Assembly (NCBI GenBank): GCA_051294375.1
Contig: CM119271.1
Coordinates: 14,700,770-14,764,769 of the forward strand
DNA length: 64,000 nucleotides
DNA from: Paraspadella gotoi
Taxonomy: Eukaryota > Animalia > Chaetognatha
Reading direction: 5' to 3'
Made by a program: the position numbers and the translations under genes
The notes under the pieces: model-generated
The model's input: only the letters and a program-made list of their open reading frames with translations
The model's database searches: none
What the model was told of the DNA's origin: nothing
Shown: piece by piece, positions 33,542 to 50,755 of the stretch
Layout: each line of letters starts with the position of its first letter
Numbering within the stretch: the first letter of the stretch is position 1

Positions 33542-35518
33542 TTAGTTGGAGCAACAACGAGGGTTCCCATTCGCCTCGCCGAGAGATCTTCTTGCCTTTC
33601 CCAGCCTTTCTTTCTTGCGGCCACCACGATTCCGAGGGATGTGCGCGACACCGCGGCGGTGGCGTCGCGCCGGATGACGAGGGGCGGCGCGGTCGGACGG
33701 TGGCCGACGGCGCGCGCGGACGCCGACACCGAAATGAACGACGCGCGCGTTCGACGAGGCTTGGGACAGAACATGGCGTGTCGGTGGAGGGGGCGGCGGA
33801 GGATGGAAAGGCGGACCGCCCATGAGGTAAGGCCTTTGAAAATGCGATGGCGGATGTCCGAGGTCCGTGAGCCACCTTCGCCCGCTCATAAAATCACCTC
33901 CAACAGATATCGGTCGCCAAGGAAGAGGAAGACGCCCACGAAAAAAGGGCGGCCGGAAACGAGGTCGGAGAAATCTCTGGGACGGGTTCCAGGCAAAGAA
34001 TTCACCATTGTTTCTCGCACCGGCGATCTCCGCACCGGAGATTCTCGCACCGGCGATCTCCGCACCGGAGATATCTGCACCGGCGATCTCCGCACCGGCG
34101 ATCTCCGCACCGGCGATATCCGACTCCGGATCGTGGGTGCCGACGCGGACGACGACTCCGTCGACGTCGACGTCGCCGTCGAGAATCGCCGTCCGCGCGT
34201 CGACGGGAGATAAGAACTCGAAACGGAAGAAGCTCGGAATGGAAGAATCTGGGAAAGAGAGGAAAAGAAAGTTTTGGCAAATTTGGATTAATTTCGTTTA
34301 ATATTTTGTTTAGGATTTTAAAGTCAGTTTAGCAAGACCAATTTTTAAGTCACGTGACTCGATAACTCGCTATTCGGTCGGTCTGTCCGTCTGTACTGTA
34401 AGAAAAAAGAACTCCATAAATGGAATGAATAAAATGACGCCTTGACATTGGTCAATGGTCAATGATTCATTCGGAGACTGGATCTCGTGTCGTTTTAAAA
34501 TTCAAATCTCTATAATTCCTCTAAATGCGAAAGCAACATCAAATTGTCATCTTTGATTTGATTCCACCAAAAAAACCACAACCCTTACCCGGCCGTCGCC
34601 AAGGCCTGCAGACGGCGACGAGGACGCCGTACTGCGCGAAGTGGTCTCGAACGCGTCGGGCGTCGACTGCGTCATCGGCGCCGTCCCACGAGACGAAGAC
34701 GACGTTGCCGCCTTCCGTCGATCGGCACTCGAGTTCGGCGCGGCGCCGCTTTTGCGCTATTTCCTCTTCCAGTCGCTCCTGCAACACGCGCTCCTCCTTT
34801 GGGAAGGAAAAAAATGACCCGAGTCAGCATACCATATTCAGTTTTTTCCCATATTTTCCATATTTCATGCTGTTTTTAGTTTCAAACTTTAGTTTTAATA
34901 AAAGTTTTGAAAGAGTGACTATACTGCGTGCCTATGTGTTTTTCCTTCCTTCAATTTTCACCATCTCGAATTATCGCTTTTCACAATCACCAATTCCCGC
35001 TTCTCTCAATCACTAATTTCCGCTTTTCACCGTCTTCAATTTCCGCTTCTCACCGTCTCCGCCAATTTCCGCTTCTCCCGTTCCGCTTTAACGTCGCCCG
35101 GATCGAGTTGACGCGAGACGCAAAGTTGAATCTTGATGCCGTCGATCCTCAGCGTCGGGGAAGCGAAGGCGAGGGCGGCGTCGGCGGAAGAGGAGGAAGA
35201 GAAGGTCAGGGAACAAAAGGGGACGGGACCTGGGGAGTAAGGGATTGGGGGGGAAGGGTTATATGAATTACGTATTACGCAGGAAAGAAGTGATACGTAT
35301 TACGCAGGAAAAAAGTGAAGAAACGGGCAAAAGGTGGCGAAATATGCAATACTAAAAAAAAAAAGGGGGGGAAGCCTGGAACCTTTTTTGGCGTTGGATT
35401 TCCGATTGAATTCCGCGATTTCGCCAAAAGACCCGAAAAACTTTTTGAGATCATCGTTGTCGATTTTGTCCGAGATTTTCGAGTCCCACCGCACGTGAAT
35501 TCTTCGCTCAGATTCCAT
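33542..35518 (-). CDS. Protein with two degenerate RRM-like domains and a Pro/Arg-rich tail
   Basis: Exons 35518-35383, 35229-35054, 34796-34589 and 34248-33542 join in phase. Motifs IHVRW..DLKKFFGSFGEI..PFCSLTF and VVFVSW..VRDHFAQYGVL. Confidence 0.7.
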
Positions 35519-37797
35519 GGCGTTATTTGTCAGGAAGCATTTCTAGGAAATGGGCTGGAAAGACTCGCGGTGAAAACGAGACGACCCATTGAAGCGGGTT
35601 ATTTTGAGCGAGTTCGCAACTTTCTTGTTTTTACATATTTCGGTCAATTTTACTTTCACAAATTATTGTCATTTTTTTTCGCCTGGAGGGATTTTCACCG
35701 AGGGTTCGGTACAAAAATACGCAGCAAATTAAAAAAAAAGGAAATTTACGGTAAAAATACTGTGTATCGCGACTCGAATACAAAAAACTTTTTTTCTGGA
35801 AAGAAAGGTTGTGACGATTTTAATGACATCCGGGGAAAACGGGAAAAGGAAGGGGAGAGAGGGAGAGAAAGTGGATGTTTTGGTATAATTTATTAATTAT
35901 CTTTTTCTAATCGATGTCAATTTATTAGACCTAGTAATTACGGGGCTTTTCGTTTTTGTTTCAATGAGAATAGGCGTCCAGGGAAAGAGGGGCTTACGCT
36001 ATGATACGCAATTAATATTACCATTATTATTGTTAATATTACTAAAATTTGCGGATGACAAGATTGATATTCGAAAAAGGTCGAAACTTTTTGAAAAAAA
36101 AAGTAGAGATAAAAGAAGCCAGTATATTTTTTTAATTTATATAACTTTATCGGAGAATATCTACTATGAACGTTTCTCGTGGGTATAATATAAGTTATTT
36201 AAAAAATTAATAAAAATTAATAGGGAGAAACCCGACTTCGGAACGAGCGATTACACATAAAAAGACGCGCTTCAGGAACGTTGAATAGGCTAAGGTTTCG
36301 TCGCTGGGGAGAAAAAGACGTAGTATTTGTGTCTTACTTATTTTATATATCATATTATTTAATATATATCCCCGACTGGACATAAACGAGTTTTCCATTA
36401 CACGAAGAGAAAGTTTAAACACGGATACGCGCTATTCATTTTTTATTTCCTCTGCTCGCAAACGGACGGCAGTTCCAGTTTATTTTTTTTAGTTATTTTC
36501 CAAATACGCACGAACTGGCTTTCAAATTATAAATGTAATTATCGGATAGTAAGCCTATACTTTTTATTAAGCTATTGTGAGGCAGACATAATATAATTAA
36601 TATCAATTAGTTTTTCTTTTTGTTTCGGCAGCATAAAGGCGTTTTTTTTTCTTTTACTGAACAATTCATATCGGATTAGCTTTTTTTTTTAATGCGAGTA
36701 GTAACTTTTTTTCACTCTCGGCCCACAAATTGGTCATGCCTTAAAAAATAATTATAAATATAATTTATTGATGAGATACACGTAAAATTATAAATCGGAG
36801 ATCGTCAGGAATTAAGAAAGGAATGAGATCGAGGAGAAAGTCTGATGTCGAGAAAAGGGGACGAGCGTGACGGAGGAAGAAGAGAGCTCGTTTCAAAACT
36901 CAATTCTCACCAAAATATTAGTATTAAATTTAATTATAATCAATATAAATTATAAACTCAATGACATAAAAATACTTAAAACAAAAAAAAAAATCATAGA
37001 TTAGGTTATTTTATAAATATCCAAACGAACCCGCGTCAACCTCCGGAATTAAAACCATCGTAATATTTTAGCACAAAAATCTAAACTAAACAAAGAGACT
37101 CAAACAATAAACGAAACAACATGTCGTGACTTTTTCCCAAAACGGGGAAGAAACAATTGAGATCTTAGACAGTAGGTGTAAAAGACGTAACGTTATACAT
37201 CATTAGTTGTGAAAGTATAAAACCAAAAGTAAAACATTATCTAATTTTCTTCAAAAAGGACAAATAAACATTCTTCCATCGTTAATAATCACATTGCTTA
37301 GTAAATTGAATAATGCGGAATTGCGCTTAACGAAAGCATCAAATTAAATTAAAAATAGCTAAAAATGAAAAATAAATAATTAAATAAATAATGAACGCGG
37401 AAGTGAAAGATTTTTGTGGTTTTCTATTTTGGTCTCGAGATTCGAAATGGTGAAGAGAGACGCAAGAGGAAGAGAGATTCCTTGGTCCACCGCTCTCTCG
37501 GCAAAATATGTATAATTGTATATAATTTAAGAAATATAATTATTAATAATTAATTTTGCCTTTCTTTTCATGATTTTTGGTATTGGACATACAACTTCCA
37601 GCAGCAGAAATTTGTTTACTTCGCAAAAAAAAAAAAGTGCAGCGTTTTAAACATTTTTCGTTGCTAAGCAAAACAATTCCTTTTGAAATATAAACAATTT
37701 AACTTCTACAAAACATTCGGGTAAGCGACGAAGATTTTAAAAATTCTGAAAAAGATTTTCCGATGCCTCGTCGTCGTCNNNNNNNNNNTCGTCGTCT

Positions 37798-40700
37798 TCA
37801 CTCTTTCCCCCTCCCTTCGCCGAGGAGTGGATCCCGAGGCGGGCTGCTCCTCGATCTCCCGTGATTATAGGAGCTGATTGTCGGGTGTTGAGAGTGAATC
37901 GTCGCCGCCACCGACGCCGACGACGACGCCGCGGGATTGGCGCCGCGAAGTCCCTCGAAGGAGGGTTCGGCGCCGACCCTCACCCGGCGCTGCGGCGAGG
38001 GGCGGCGCTGCTGAGAGAGGAAGCGCGGCTCGACGACGGAGACGCCGTCGGAGGAAGAGTTGACTTGAGTCTCGCTCCCGTGGCGTTTGAGGGCGGAACC
38101 GAGAGAGGAGAAGGTGATGGCTGAGGAGGGTAAGTCAAATGGAATAAGTGGGAGTCTAAGTGAGAGTCATATCTATGTTATAAAATCTACAAAATTCTAA
38201 ACTATTACAATATGCAAATGAGATTGAGGAAATAAAACCTAATTGGATATTATTATTAACCAAAAGACGAAGAAAAGTATCTCTACTGCAAGTTGACTGG
38301 AAAACATTTACATTTACATCTAGAAAATGCGCTTTCAATTTTTTGAGCTCAGAATAAGTTCAAGTAAACCACAGGACCAAAATGGATGAAATTTTGGATA
38401 TATAGCGTTAATGATGATACAAATAGAACTATCGAGACAATTTTCAAAATTCAACCCCTGAGCTAAGATACGGGGCCTGACCTCGAAGAGTCGAAAGCGC
38501 ATTTTCTAATACGAAGCCTTCTGTATCGATTAAGGCGACACCCACCGGGAGTAGCAGCGTTGTCGGATCCTTCGGCGCCGCCGAACAACCGGTTCACGTG
38601 AATGTTGACGTATTTGCTCTGAGGGTGAGACTGATGGTTGGGCGGGTGAGGCCGGGCGAGAGAGGGCGATACCGGGTGGGCGAGAAAGGGCGAGCGGGTG
38701 GAGAGAAGTGTGGAAGCGAGAAGGTCGTCGTCGTCTCCGTCCAAGATTCTAAAAAGAGTTGGAAACGTAAAACTTATTTTTATTCTAACCTTAAGTTTTA
38801 TTTAAATTTAATTTATTTTTCATTATTTTTATTCTCAGTTGGTGAATTTTTTATTCGTCTTTCTTACTTTCTTAGTTCCCTATTTTTTTTTTCTCAAATC
38901 TTTGTTTTTTATATCTTAATTTATAACCAATTGGCCAATGACCAATTGACCATGTACCTTTAGACCATCTCTCACCTGGCCGCATAACTGCTGGCGGTGA
39001 CTCTCGACATCGAGGCGGTGTGCGACAATCTCCGGGCGGGCGGATCCGGCGACCGCGCCCCCAATCCGCCGAGACCCCCGACGCCGCCCGTCCCGCGGGA
39101 GGACGCCCCCGACGACGACGCCGTCCCGTACAAGAGCGTGGTGAGATCTTCGCGCGCGCTCAATGGGCGATCGGCGCCGCTCGAGGAGGCGCGCCATCCG
39201 AAGGCCGAGGCCGAACCGGCGCTCCCCAGAGGATCGTAAACGCCGCCGGAGACTTCGCTGACGTGGCCGGAGTCGTTCGAGTCCTCCTGCGTCGAGGGCA
39301 GAGAAAAATTTTATATTTTCATTTGCGTCTCAAACTTTTCAATTTTTGTCAAAATTTTTGATTTTGCCGAATTTATTTTATTATTATTTGTTTGGATTCA
39401 GGACTCCTCCGGACACGCCCGAAATTTTCTTTCACGCCCGGACTTGTTCAGTTCGTTCTCTCGAGACGATTTGGTTTTTGACACATAATTATTTTTTTAT
39501 GAATAAATTAAATTTGAAATTAATATAACGACCTTTAGAATCGAGTCTTCCCAAAGTAAGCTGGCAAAACATTTTAAAGCTACCAAAAGGAGCACTGGAC
39601 ATAGTCTTGTTCCTAAGTAAGCGCATGGTAACCCTTCTCTTTTTCATCCCACCTGAGGAACGGTGCCGAAATCGGCGGGGGCGCCGACGAAAAGCGGCTG
39701 CTGCAGATGCTGCAAGTGTTGCTGCAGATGTTGAAGATGAGAGGCTGAGACTTTGGGGGCGGATCCTGGGACGGGGGAGCGGAAGGAAGGGCGTGGCCGA
39801 TCGCAAGAGGAGGCGCCGATCGAGGAAAGTGATGAGGGAGAGACGCTGCCGATGCTATTTTGTTCGGGAGGAGGAAGAGGAATAGAAAAAAGTAAAAAGT
39901 AAGTACGAGGTCCTTTCCCTACTTTTGCCTCACCTCTGCCGCAAACTGTCGTCCTTCTCGAAGCAAGGGTCCCACCTCAACTGGTCCTTCAGGATAGAGT
40001 TACCCCTTTCGATCCTCCCCTTTCTCTCCAGCGTCGACATCTTGATGGCGTTGATGTCGCAGGGAAAGTCTTGAAGAGTGGCGTGACCGGAATTGGCGTG
40101 ACTGGCTGGAGCGTGGCCGAGAGTGGCGTGGCCGGCCGTGGCGCGGCCGGTCGTTTCCGGTCGCTGCGAGTGCCTCGTCAACGATGCTCGACCGTCGGGG
40201 AATCGGCGGCCGAGTTCCGCGGATCGAGGCTCTGAGTATCTAACGACGTGCGGCGTTCTACCGGTTCCGGACGCGCTGCCCCTCCCATGTCCGCCTCCGC
40301 TTCCGCTGACGACGACCGGCATGTGCAGCCGAAGATGATGCAGGGAGTCCCTCTTTGCCTCGGCCAGTCCAGTCCGACGTCCCCGCACCAGAAGGACGAG
40401 ACGCTTGGGGATTGACATGATGACGACAACGTCGTCGAGGTTCATCTTGGAGACGTTGATGCTGTTGACGGTGAGGATCTCGTCGGAGACGTTGAGGAGA
40501 CCAGACTTTTGGAGGAGGGAGCCGGGAGTCAGGCGGGAGATAAACACCTAATTTTAACGAGGATATGACATTTAAAACCGATTAGTCGATTACAATATAC
40601 ATATTACATAATTTTCAGTGCAAAAACTCTCATTCTCTTCCGCTCGACCCAGTCTCCTTCCCGGATGTAAAAAGCAAGACTTACCCCGTTCTCCCGCTCG

Positions 40701-41365
40701 ACCCCGTCTCCTTCCCGGATGTAAAAGCCGAGACTTTCTCCAGGATTCTTGGTGATCTCCACAGTCCGGACGGCGTGTCGAGGATCGTCTGGATCAACGT
40801 CGTCTCGGAGGCCGGACATGTCGGACATGGAGTCATTCAGGAGGCGGATCTTCATCTCGCCTTCCGCCTCTTCCGGAACGATCTCGGTGGAGGAATCGGC
40901 GGCGGAGGCGGGAGCGACGCCGCCGACGCCGCCTCCGCTCTGAAACGAGTCGTCGGCGCCGAGATCGACGGAACCGACGACGACAGATTTCCGGCGCTCA
41001 TCCTCCGCAGGTTCCGAAGTAGACGGCGCCGGTGCAGACGCGGGAGGCGGCGTCGAAGCGCGAGCGGGCGGCGCCTTCTCGTCCTTGCGAAAAGTGGAGG
41101 TGGTTGAAGGACGCCAAGTGTCCATGGCGTCGTCGACGCCTCCATCGATGACGGCGTCGTCGTCATCGCGACCGAGTCGAGGCGCGTGAAGACCGTAAGG
41201 TTGGAGGCGATAGGAGAGATCCTCGTCGTGGTGCCGCTCGTCGGACGTCGCCGTCTCTTTGACGCCGCCGACTTTGCGTCCGTGGGCGCCGTTGCGCTCC
41301 GAGGAGGAGAGGGCGACAAGGGTGGCGTTCTCGTCCTCCTTGTTTCCGCGTTTGCAGCAGAGCAT
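37798..41365 (-). CDS. Syd-1/RhoGAP100F-like PDZ protein (no C2/RhoGAP seen)
   Basis: The PDZ domain spans exons 41365-40685 and 40547-~39934: VEITKNPGESLGFYIREGDG..GVFISRL...LDDVVVIMSIPKRLVL. Further low-complexity exons lie at ~39858-39630, ~39287-38975, ~38748-38600 and 38121-37798 (boundaries approximate). Confidence 0.75.
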
Positions 41366-41695
41366 CGCTCGTCGGTGGGTGGGCGTGGAGACGACGAAAA
41401 CCGAAGGATCTCATTGGGCCAGATTGTTGGGGTCTTTTTTGGGGGGGCGGTCGTTTCGCTTGAGAGCCTCTTTTTTTTTTTCTTGCGAGTGAAAGTTAAC
41501 GGCTTCAGCCAAAAATATATCTAGAGAATAAAATTTAAAAATTGAATATTTAACAATTAAGGATAATAATTGATAAAAACGAGAAATTAGCATCCAAAAA
41601 TTTGAATTAGATAAGCGACACGCCTGATCCTGAAAATGATCTAAAGTCCTTGAATCCCGAATATTATCATCTGTCAATCTTTTCTAACATCTTTC

Positions 41696-42087
41696 TCAAT
41701 CCGCTCTGTCCGTCCCGCTCGCGTTTTCTTCGGTCAACGTGTCGTCGTCGTCCTTCGTCTCCTTCTCTTTCTTCTTCTCTTTCTCCTTCTCCTCTTCCTT
41801 CTCCTCTTCTCCTTCCTTCTCCAAGGACCGCTTCCCCTTCCCCCCTCTCTTCTTCTCGCCCCCGGTCTCCGTCTCTTCGCTCATCCTCTTCCTCAGACGA
41901 CGACGCGTCAAGGGCCCCGCCACGCCTCCATCGGCGTCGCGGGACAGCAACTCGTCGACGCGGTGGCGCAGGAAGAACTCTGCCTCTTTGCTGAGGTCGA
42001 CGAGGCGCGAGACGCTCGAGTAGGCGCGGCGCCGCTTGACTGGAGCGGAGCCTGAGGCGACCGGGCCAGGTTGCGTCGATGAGTCGT
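41696..42087 (-). CDS. Unassigned terminal coding exon (Lys/Glu-rich tail)
   Basis: GC-rich phase-1 exon after GAAG, reading DSSTQPGPVASGSAPVKRRRAYSSVSRLVDLSKEAEFFLRHRVDELL...*. Confidence 0.55.
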
Positions 42088-42825
42088 CTTCGCGGCGAGA
42101 AATTTAGAAAAAAGATAAACCCGACGCCGGAAATTACGATTTATCTTATTTTTGTGCTACTATCTGACAATTGACTATACTTAGACTAATTAGAAGACAA
42201 ACTAAACTTTCGTCTAATTAACACGGTCAGTTTTAATTCGCTACTTGCTACCATTAACTAACATCGAATTTTTGATTTTATAAAAAACTGAACATTTTAC
42301 GAATAATTCTTTTATTAACTTTTTCAGAAATCCAATTAGTATAAAGAGAACGTTCAGACACCACCCAAAAAAAATAAAATAAAATTCTAGAATATTTAAC
42401 AGGTAAAATGTATAATATAATTTCAATGTTGAATCAACGATGAAAAAGACTTTGGTTTTGGACTATAAAATGAGTTAAAATGAGCTACTCTAAACCAGCC
42501 CATACTAAATATAAAAATATGAAGGGAAAGCAAACAAAGAACAAGGAAGATCCCAAAAGGAATTAAAACTTCTAAAAACTAACTCCACTATTACAATAAA
42601 TTCGAATAATTTGAACTTCTTGCGTTTGCATGAAAAGTTGTGTAAAAATTAATAAAGGCACCAAAAGAATTCGAAAGCATCGGAAGGCAAATTTGATCAA
42701 TAAACATTGGCCACGTAAAAAAGCCTTTGAATGTATCACAGAGAAGGTAGGATCATGGCAGTCAATAACAAAAAGCAGAAAACTATCAAAATCACCACTG
42801 GAAAACCTAAAAAAAGACAAAGATA

Positions 42826-44652
42826 CTAAAGGGTCCAACTTAAACGAATGCCCAAAAATAACCAAAAACTCCACAAGAGTCCAGGAGAATTGGGTTTCTT
42901 CAAGAAAAACCGCACTCTGGACACACCAGATGTAGGAATCTTCACGTCCGTCACGCAATCTTTTTTACTCCAAAAATTTCTCAAGTCCGCATACCATTTG
43001 GAAGAAAGCGACTCGTCGTGCAACGCGGCGCAGAGTTGGCAGTGACTTCGTGCTACGCTGTCTGTCTCGTTGCCCAAGACGAAATAGTGGCTCCGCCAAT
43101 CGTGGAAAGCGTTGTAGCTGCGATCGTCTGCGCCGAGGGATTTGAGATAAGTCGCCAATTCCTTGGGGGAGAAACGGTTGGCGTCGATGTATGAATTGGG
43201 CGGGAGTTGGGCGTAGTCGCCGCCCCCTCTCAGCACAGGCACGGCAGTCGTCTCGGAGAGCACTGTCCAAGCTTTCTCCGTCAAGTAGTCGAGACAAATG
43301 GAGTTCTCAAAGGCCAAGTAAAACTTGTAGCGCTTCAACATCTGGTAACAAGGCTTGGATCCCGTGAATAAGACCTTGGGACATTTCTTTTTGCCACAAT
43401 CGCCGTAGATGTCAACGTCGACAAACTTCTGTAGCTCCTTGACGTAGTCCATTCGGCGACTGTGAGTCTGACAATGAGAGACGAACCACGCGACGAGACC
43501 CGTCTTGTTTCTTGCGTAGTCGCTCTGAAAACCCATCATAACAATTTGAATTGACTCATTGCATAGATTCCTATAGACTACGACATCGGTTGAGTTGTTT
43601 GTTTTAAAAAGAATCATTAAAATCAACGAAAATCAATTTCGAAGAAGACCAAACTACATATTGACGAAAAGACTTACCCAACAAAACCAGACGATGGATA
43701 TTTGGTGAGGGGCGAAAGAATAATCATAACTTTAACGCTATTTTTTTTTGTTATAAAACAAAAACCGTAATGGATATAAAAACATAATAACGTTTTTATT
43801 TTAAACATTTAAGAATCGACATCCTCATTACCGTCTGTTTCGGACAATCGTCTCGAGACACGCAATCCTTCTCAAAGGTCCAACCGTAGGGCATAGGGAT
43901 GTCGCTGTCGAGTCTGTAGGTCATAGTCCAGTTGAAGACGTTCTTGAACTTTCCCAGATCGAGGTAAGTATACATGGGAGATTCGAGGAAATAAAAGATC
44001 CAGCGCTGTTGAGGCGGATGGGAATGGGGCATGTCGTAGCCGGGGATGACTGACCTGGGATCCCTGGACCGGTAATCCTGATAAAATGATTATAATAAAA
44101 TAAATAATAATAAAGTTTGCTCCGAGTAGATGCCATTATGCTAATAATAAACAATTGCTATTTCTTCCACAGGTCTATGTTTGAAATTTAAAATTACGTA
44201 TCAAACTATAAAGTTACATTACTGAGGCAGTAAATTAGACTCAAATTTTACAAGTATGTTAACCTCGTTATTTTATGACCTATCGACTAATCAATTCACT
44301 TTACTTGCAGATCTCTAGGATGAAAGATGACTGCGTCTGCCTCTGAAATTCTTTTTCGATCCGTCGTCATCTCGCAGAAACTCACGGGGCAGTTGTGATC
44401 TAAAAAAGGCCGAGTCCCGACCGGAAACCCGAAAAATTTGGCGGGCAAATCCGCCGGCCAGACGAGAATGACTTTCCGGCGCCGAAACGGGCCGGACGTA
44501 GAGATTTTCATTTTCGAGGTCGAAAAGTATGAGCGAAGTGGGCGTGGCCAAGTATCGCGCGGCGGCTCTTCATTTTTAAACAAATGGAAGAAGATGAAGA
44601 TGAAATAACATAAGACGATAATAACCGTCATAAAACGAATGAGATTCTTCAT
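42826..44652 (-). CDS. Alpha-1,3-fucosyltransferase (GT10)
   Basis: Exons 44652-44305, 44077-43832 and 43524-~42826. N-terminal TM anchor, FNWTMTYRLDSDI, VAWFVSHC and YKFYLAFENSICLDYLTEK. The 3' end is uncertain. Confidence 0.93.
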
Positions 44653-46350
44653 GTTCTTTGGTTGGTTTGTTTTGGGTTTTAATCTCAAAATCTAAAAAAC
44701 AAGTAAATACAACGACTTGATATATGGGAGCTACAAATCCAACGGTGTGTAATTTATTCTAATTTTGAAAAATTTAATTTTCCCAGATTTTAAATGAAAC
44801 GATTTTTTGGATAATTTAAATTTTACGTTGAAGTCGAAAATATCTATCTTCACGTTGTCAAAATGATCTTTATATATATATATCTAAAAGGAATTAAAAG
44901 TGACCGTGTCTTACACCCTTCAGCCGATCCACCTGAATTCTCATCAACTCCTATCAATATCTAAGATCTAAGCTTTATGTATTTTTTATTCCTACGTCAG
45001 ATCGCTATTTATTTCTGAGATGGCCATTTCCATTTCCATTTCCATTTCCGGGCGAGGGGTTTATTCAAATCATCACCACTCCCGACGTCTGGCGCCGATT
45101 CCGCGCCGACGCCGCCGACGCCGAGTTTTCCCTCTGATTGTGATTTCTTCATCGACTTCGACTCTCGATTCTCCAAACTCGCGGACGACATTTTTATCGA
45201 CGACAACTTGGACTTTCTAATCTTAATATTGTTTATCTTAATATCCTAATATCTACGACGATTATTATTATTATTTCAGCGTCGACCTCCTTTTTTCACA
45301 AAAAAACGAAAAATGGACTGAACCTGAAAATAAGCAAAAATCGAAGTAACAACGATGAATAATTCAATGACGAAAGAATCAGCCAAATGTCTGCCGAGAC
45401 TTTCGCCCCAATTTTTAGTTAATCAAGGAAATAATTTTTAAATTCGATCGTCTTTTTAGTGCGCCGCGGAGCAACTCTATAAGTCACTTTTCGGTTCGTC
45501 GGTCGGTCGGTATGTCCGTTCGTCGGTCTCTCCCACTTACGTTAAAAATGCTCATAATTCGCGTATAGTTAGTTGCTCATTTGTAAAGACAGGAAAAAAC
45601 CTCAAATCGAAGTGACTGCTAACGCCGCAATAATTGTTATAAATACACGGGCTAAAAAAGTTATTTTAGTTAATACTTAGCAGACTAATAAGATATTATT
45701 AAATGCTCCCTGTGAATGCATTTTATATTTGTGTAATCACGTGACCAAACAAAACTATGGTCATGTGACTTATTTCGTATTATGTCTGGTTGTTGTTTGA
45801 AATGAAACTTTGTACAGTAATGATCAACTATAAAAATTTTGTTACACCTAAATTATAAAGTCATGTGATCACAGAGAAATACAAGTGAAAAGAAAGTCAC
45901 TGCGGCGAAATATATAGGATGGACCGATCTTTTTTTTTTTTTTAAATTCTCATTTTTTAAGCAACACTGAGAACTGAATTTTGACTTTCGAAAGGTAAAA
46001 ATTAAAGGCGAAAGAAAAAACGCAGCTCTCGCTGCTTTCAAAAGCGGCAACAGCGATATATAACAATAACAGAGTTAATTACTAAAATGCTACAAATAAT
46101 TTAACGCTTCTCTTCAAAGCTGGAAAGAAAAATAAATTGAATCTGGTTGTCAATCTCGTGAGATGATTCGTTAATGGGTGAAAAATGGAATGTTTCTTTG
46201 ACTAGTGAACACTGAAGTCTGAGTCTTTGAGGTTTAAATATTCTTTTAAGAAGAAACTTGAAAAAGTTTTGAGTTGAGGGAAAGAAGTTTCACGAAACTG
46301 TAGGTGGGATCACTTTAGGACATTAAAAGCTGCGATGACCTTTTTTGGAT

Positions 46351-46398
<48 letters not shown>

Positions 46399-46410
46399 AC
46401 TCGAGCAAAG

Positions 46411-50089
<3,679 letters not shown>

Positions 50090-50755
50090 CGCGGATCTTC
50101 GAGCACCATAAGAGTTTTTTAGTGGAAAGTAACTGAAGGGATGGAAAAGCGATTGAGAAAAAGAGCGAAAGTGAGGCTCGTTATAAATTGGAATGACTGA
50201 TGAAAAAAAGAGAGGGTCTTATCAATCATAGAGTCAATGGAGTCGAGACGCGTTGGGACTTGTCAACTGAGAAGATTTAATTCATCCCATTGCACCACGA
50301 ATAAAAAATTGTTCAAAAATTCTAAAACGAAGAAAGCGTGATAGAATGAATATTCCAACAATGAAGAGATGTGGCTATCAAGGAATAATACTGCGTTCAA
50401 TTCAGATTTCATGACAGTAAAAATTAATAAATAAAAAAGCGATCCATTGGCAAATTAACCGAGTCAAGTTTGATTTTGTTTCGTTAGTATGTAGGTCATG
50501 ACAATTCAAAGAGGAAGATAGTACCAATTTAGACTGGCAATGAAACTTAAACATAAATACTAAACCCGTTTCAGTTTTTGTTCCAAATCAAAAGTGACAT
50601 CAAGTCCCTCTTAATTATTAAATAAGCTTTTGATCGAAAACAAAATTGGTAACCGAAAGGCGCTAAGAATATTAAGCCAATAAATATTCCAGCCTTACAA
50701 CTACTCTAAAGCTTAAAAATGTGTTTGTTTTTTTTTTTCCTCAAAATGTTTGGGA

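Noticed and set aside
45453-45545. Possible Helentron-associated/DINE-like fragment with (GTCG)n
   Set aside because: Too short, and no second terminus was found (similar fragment at ~34330-34395).
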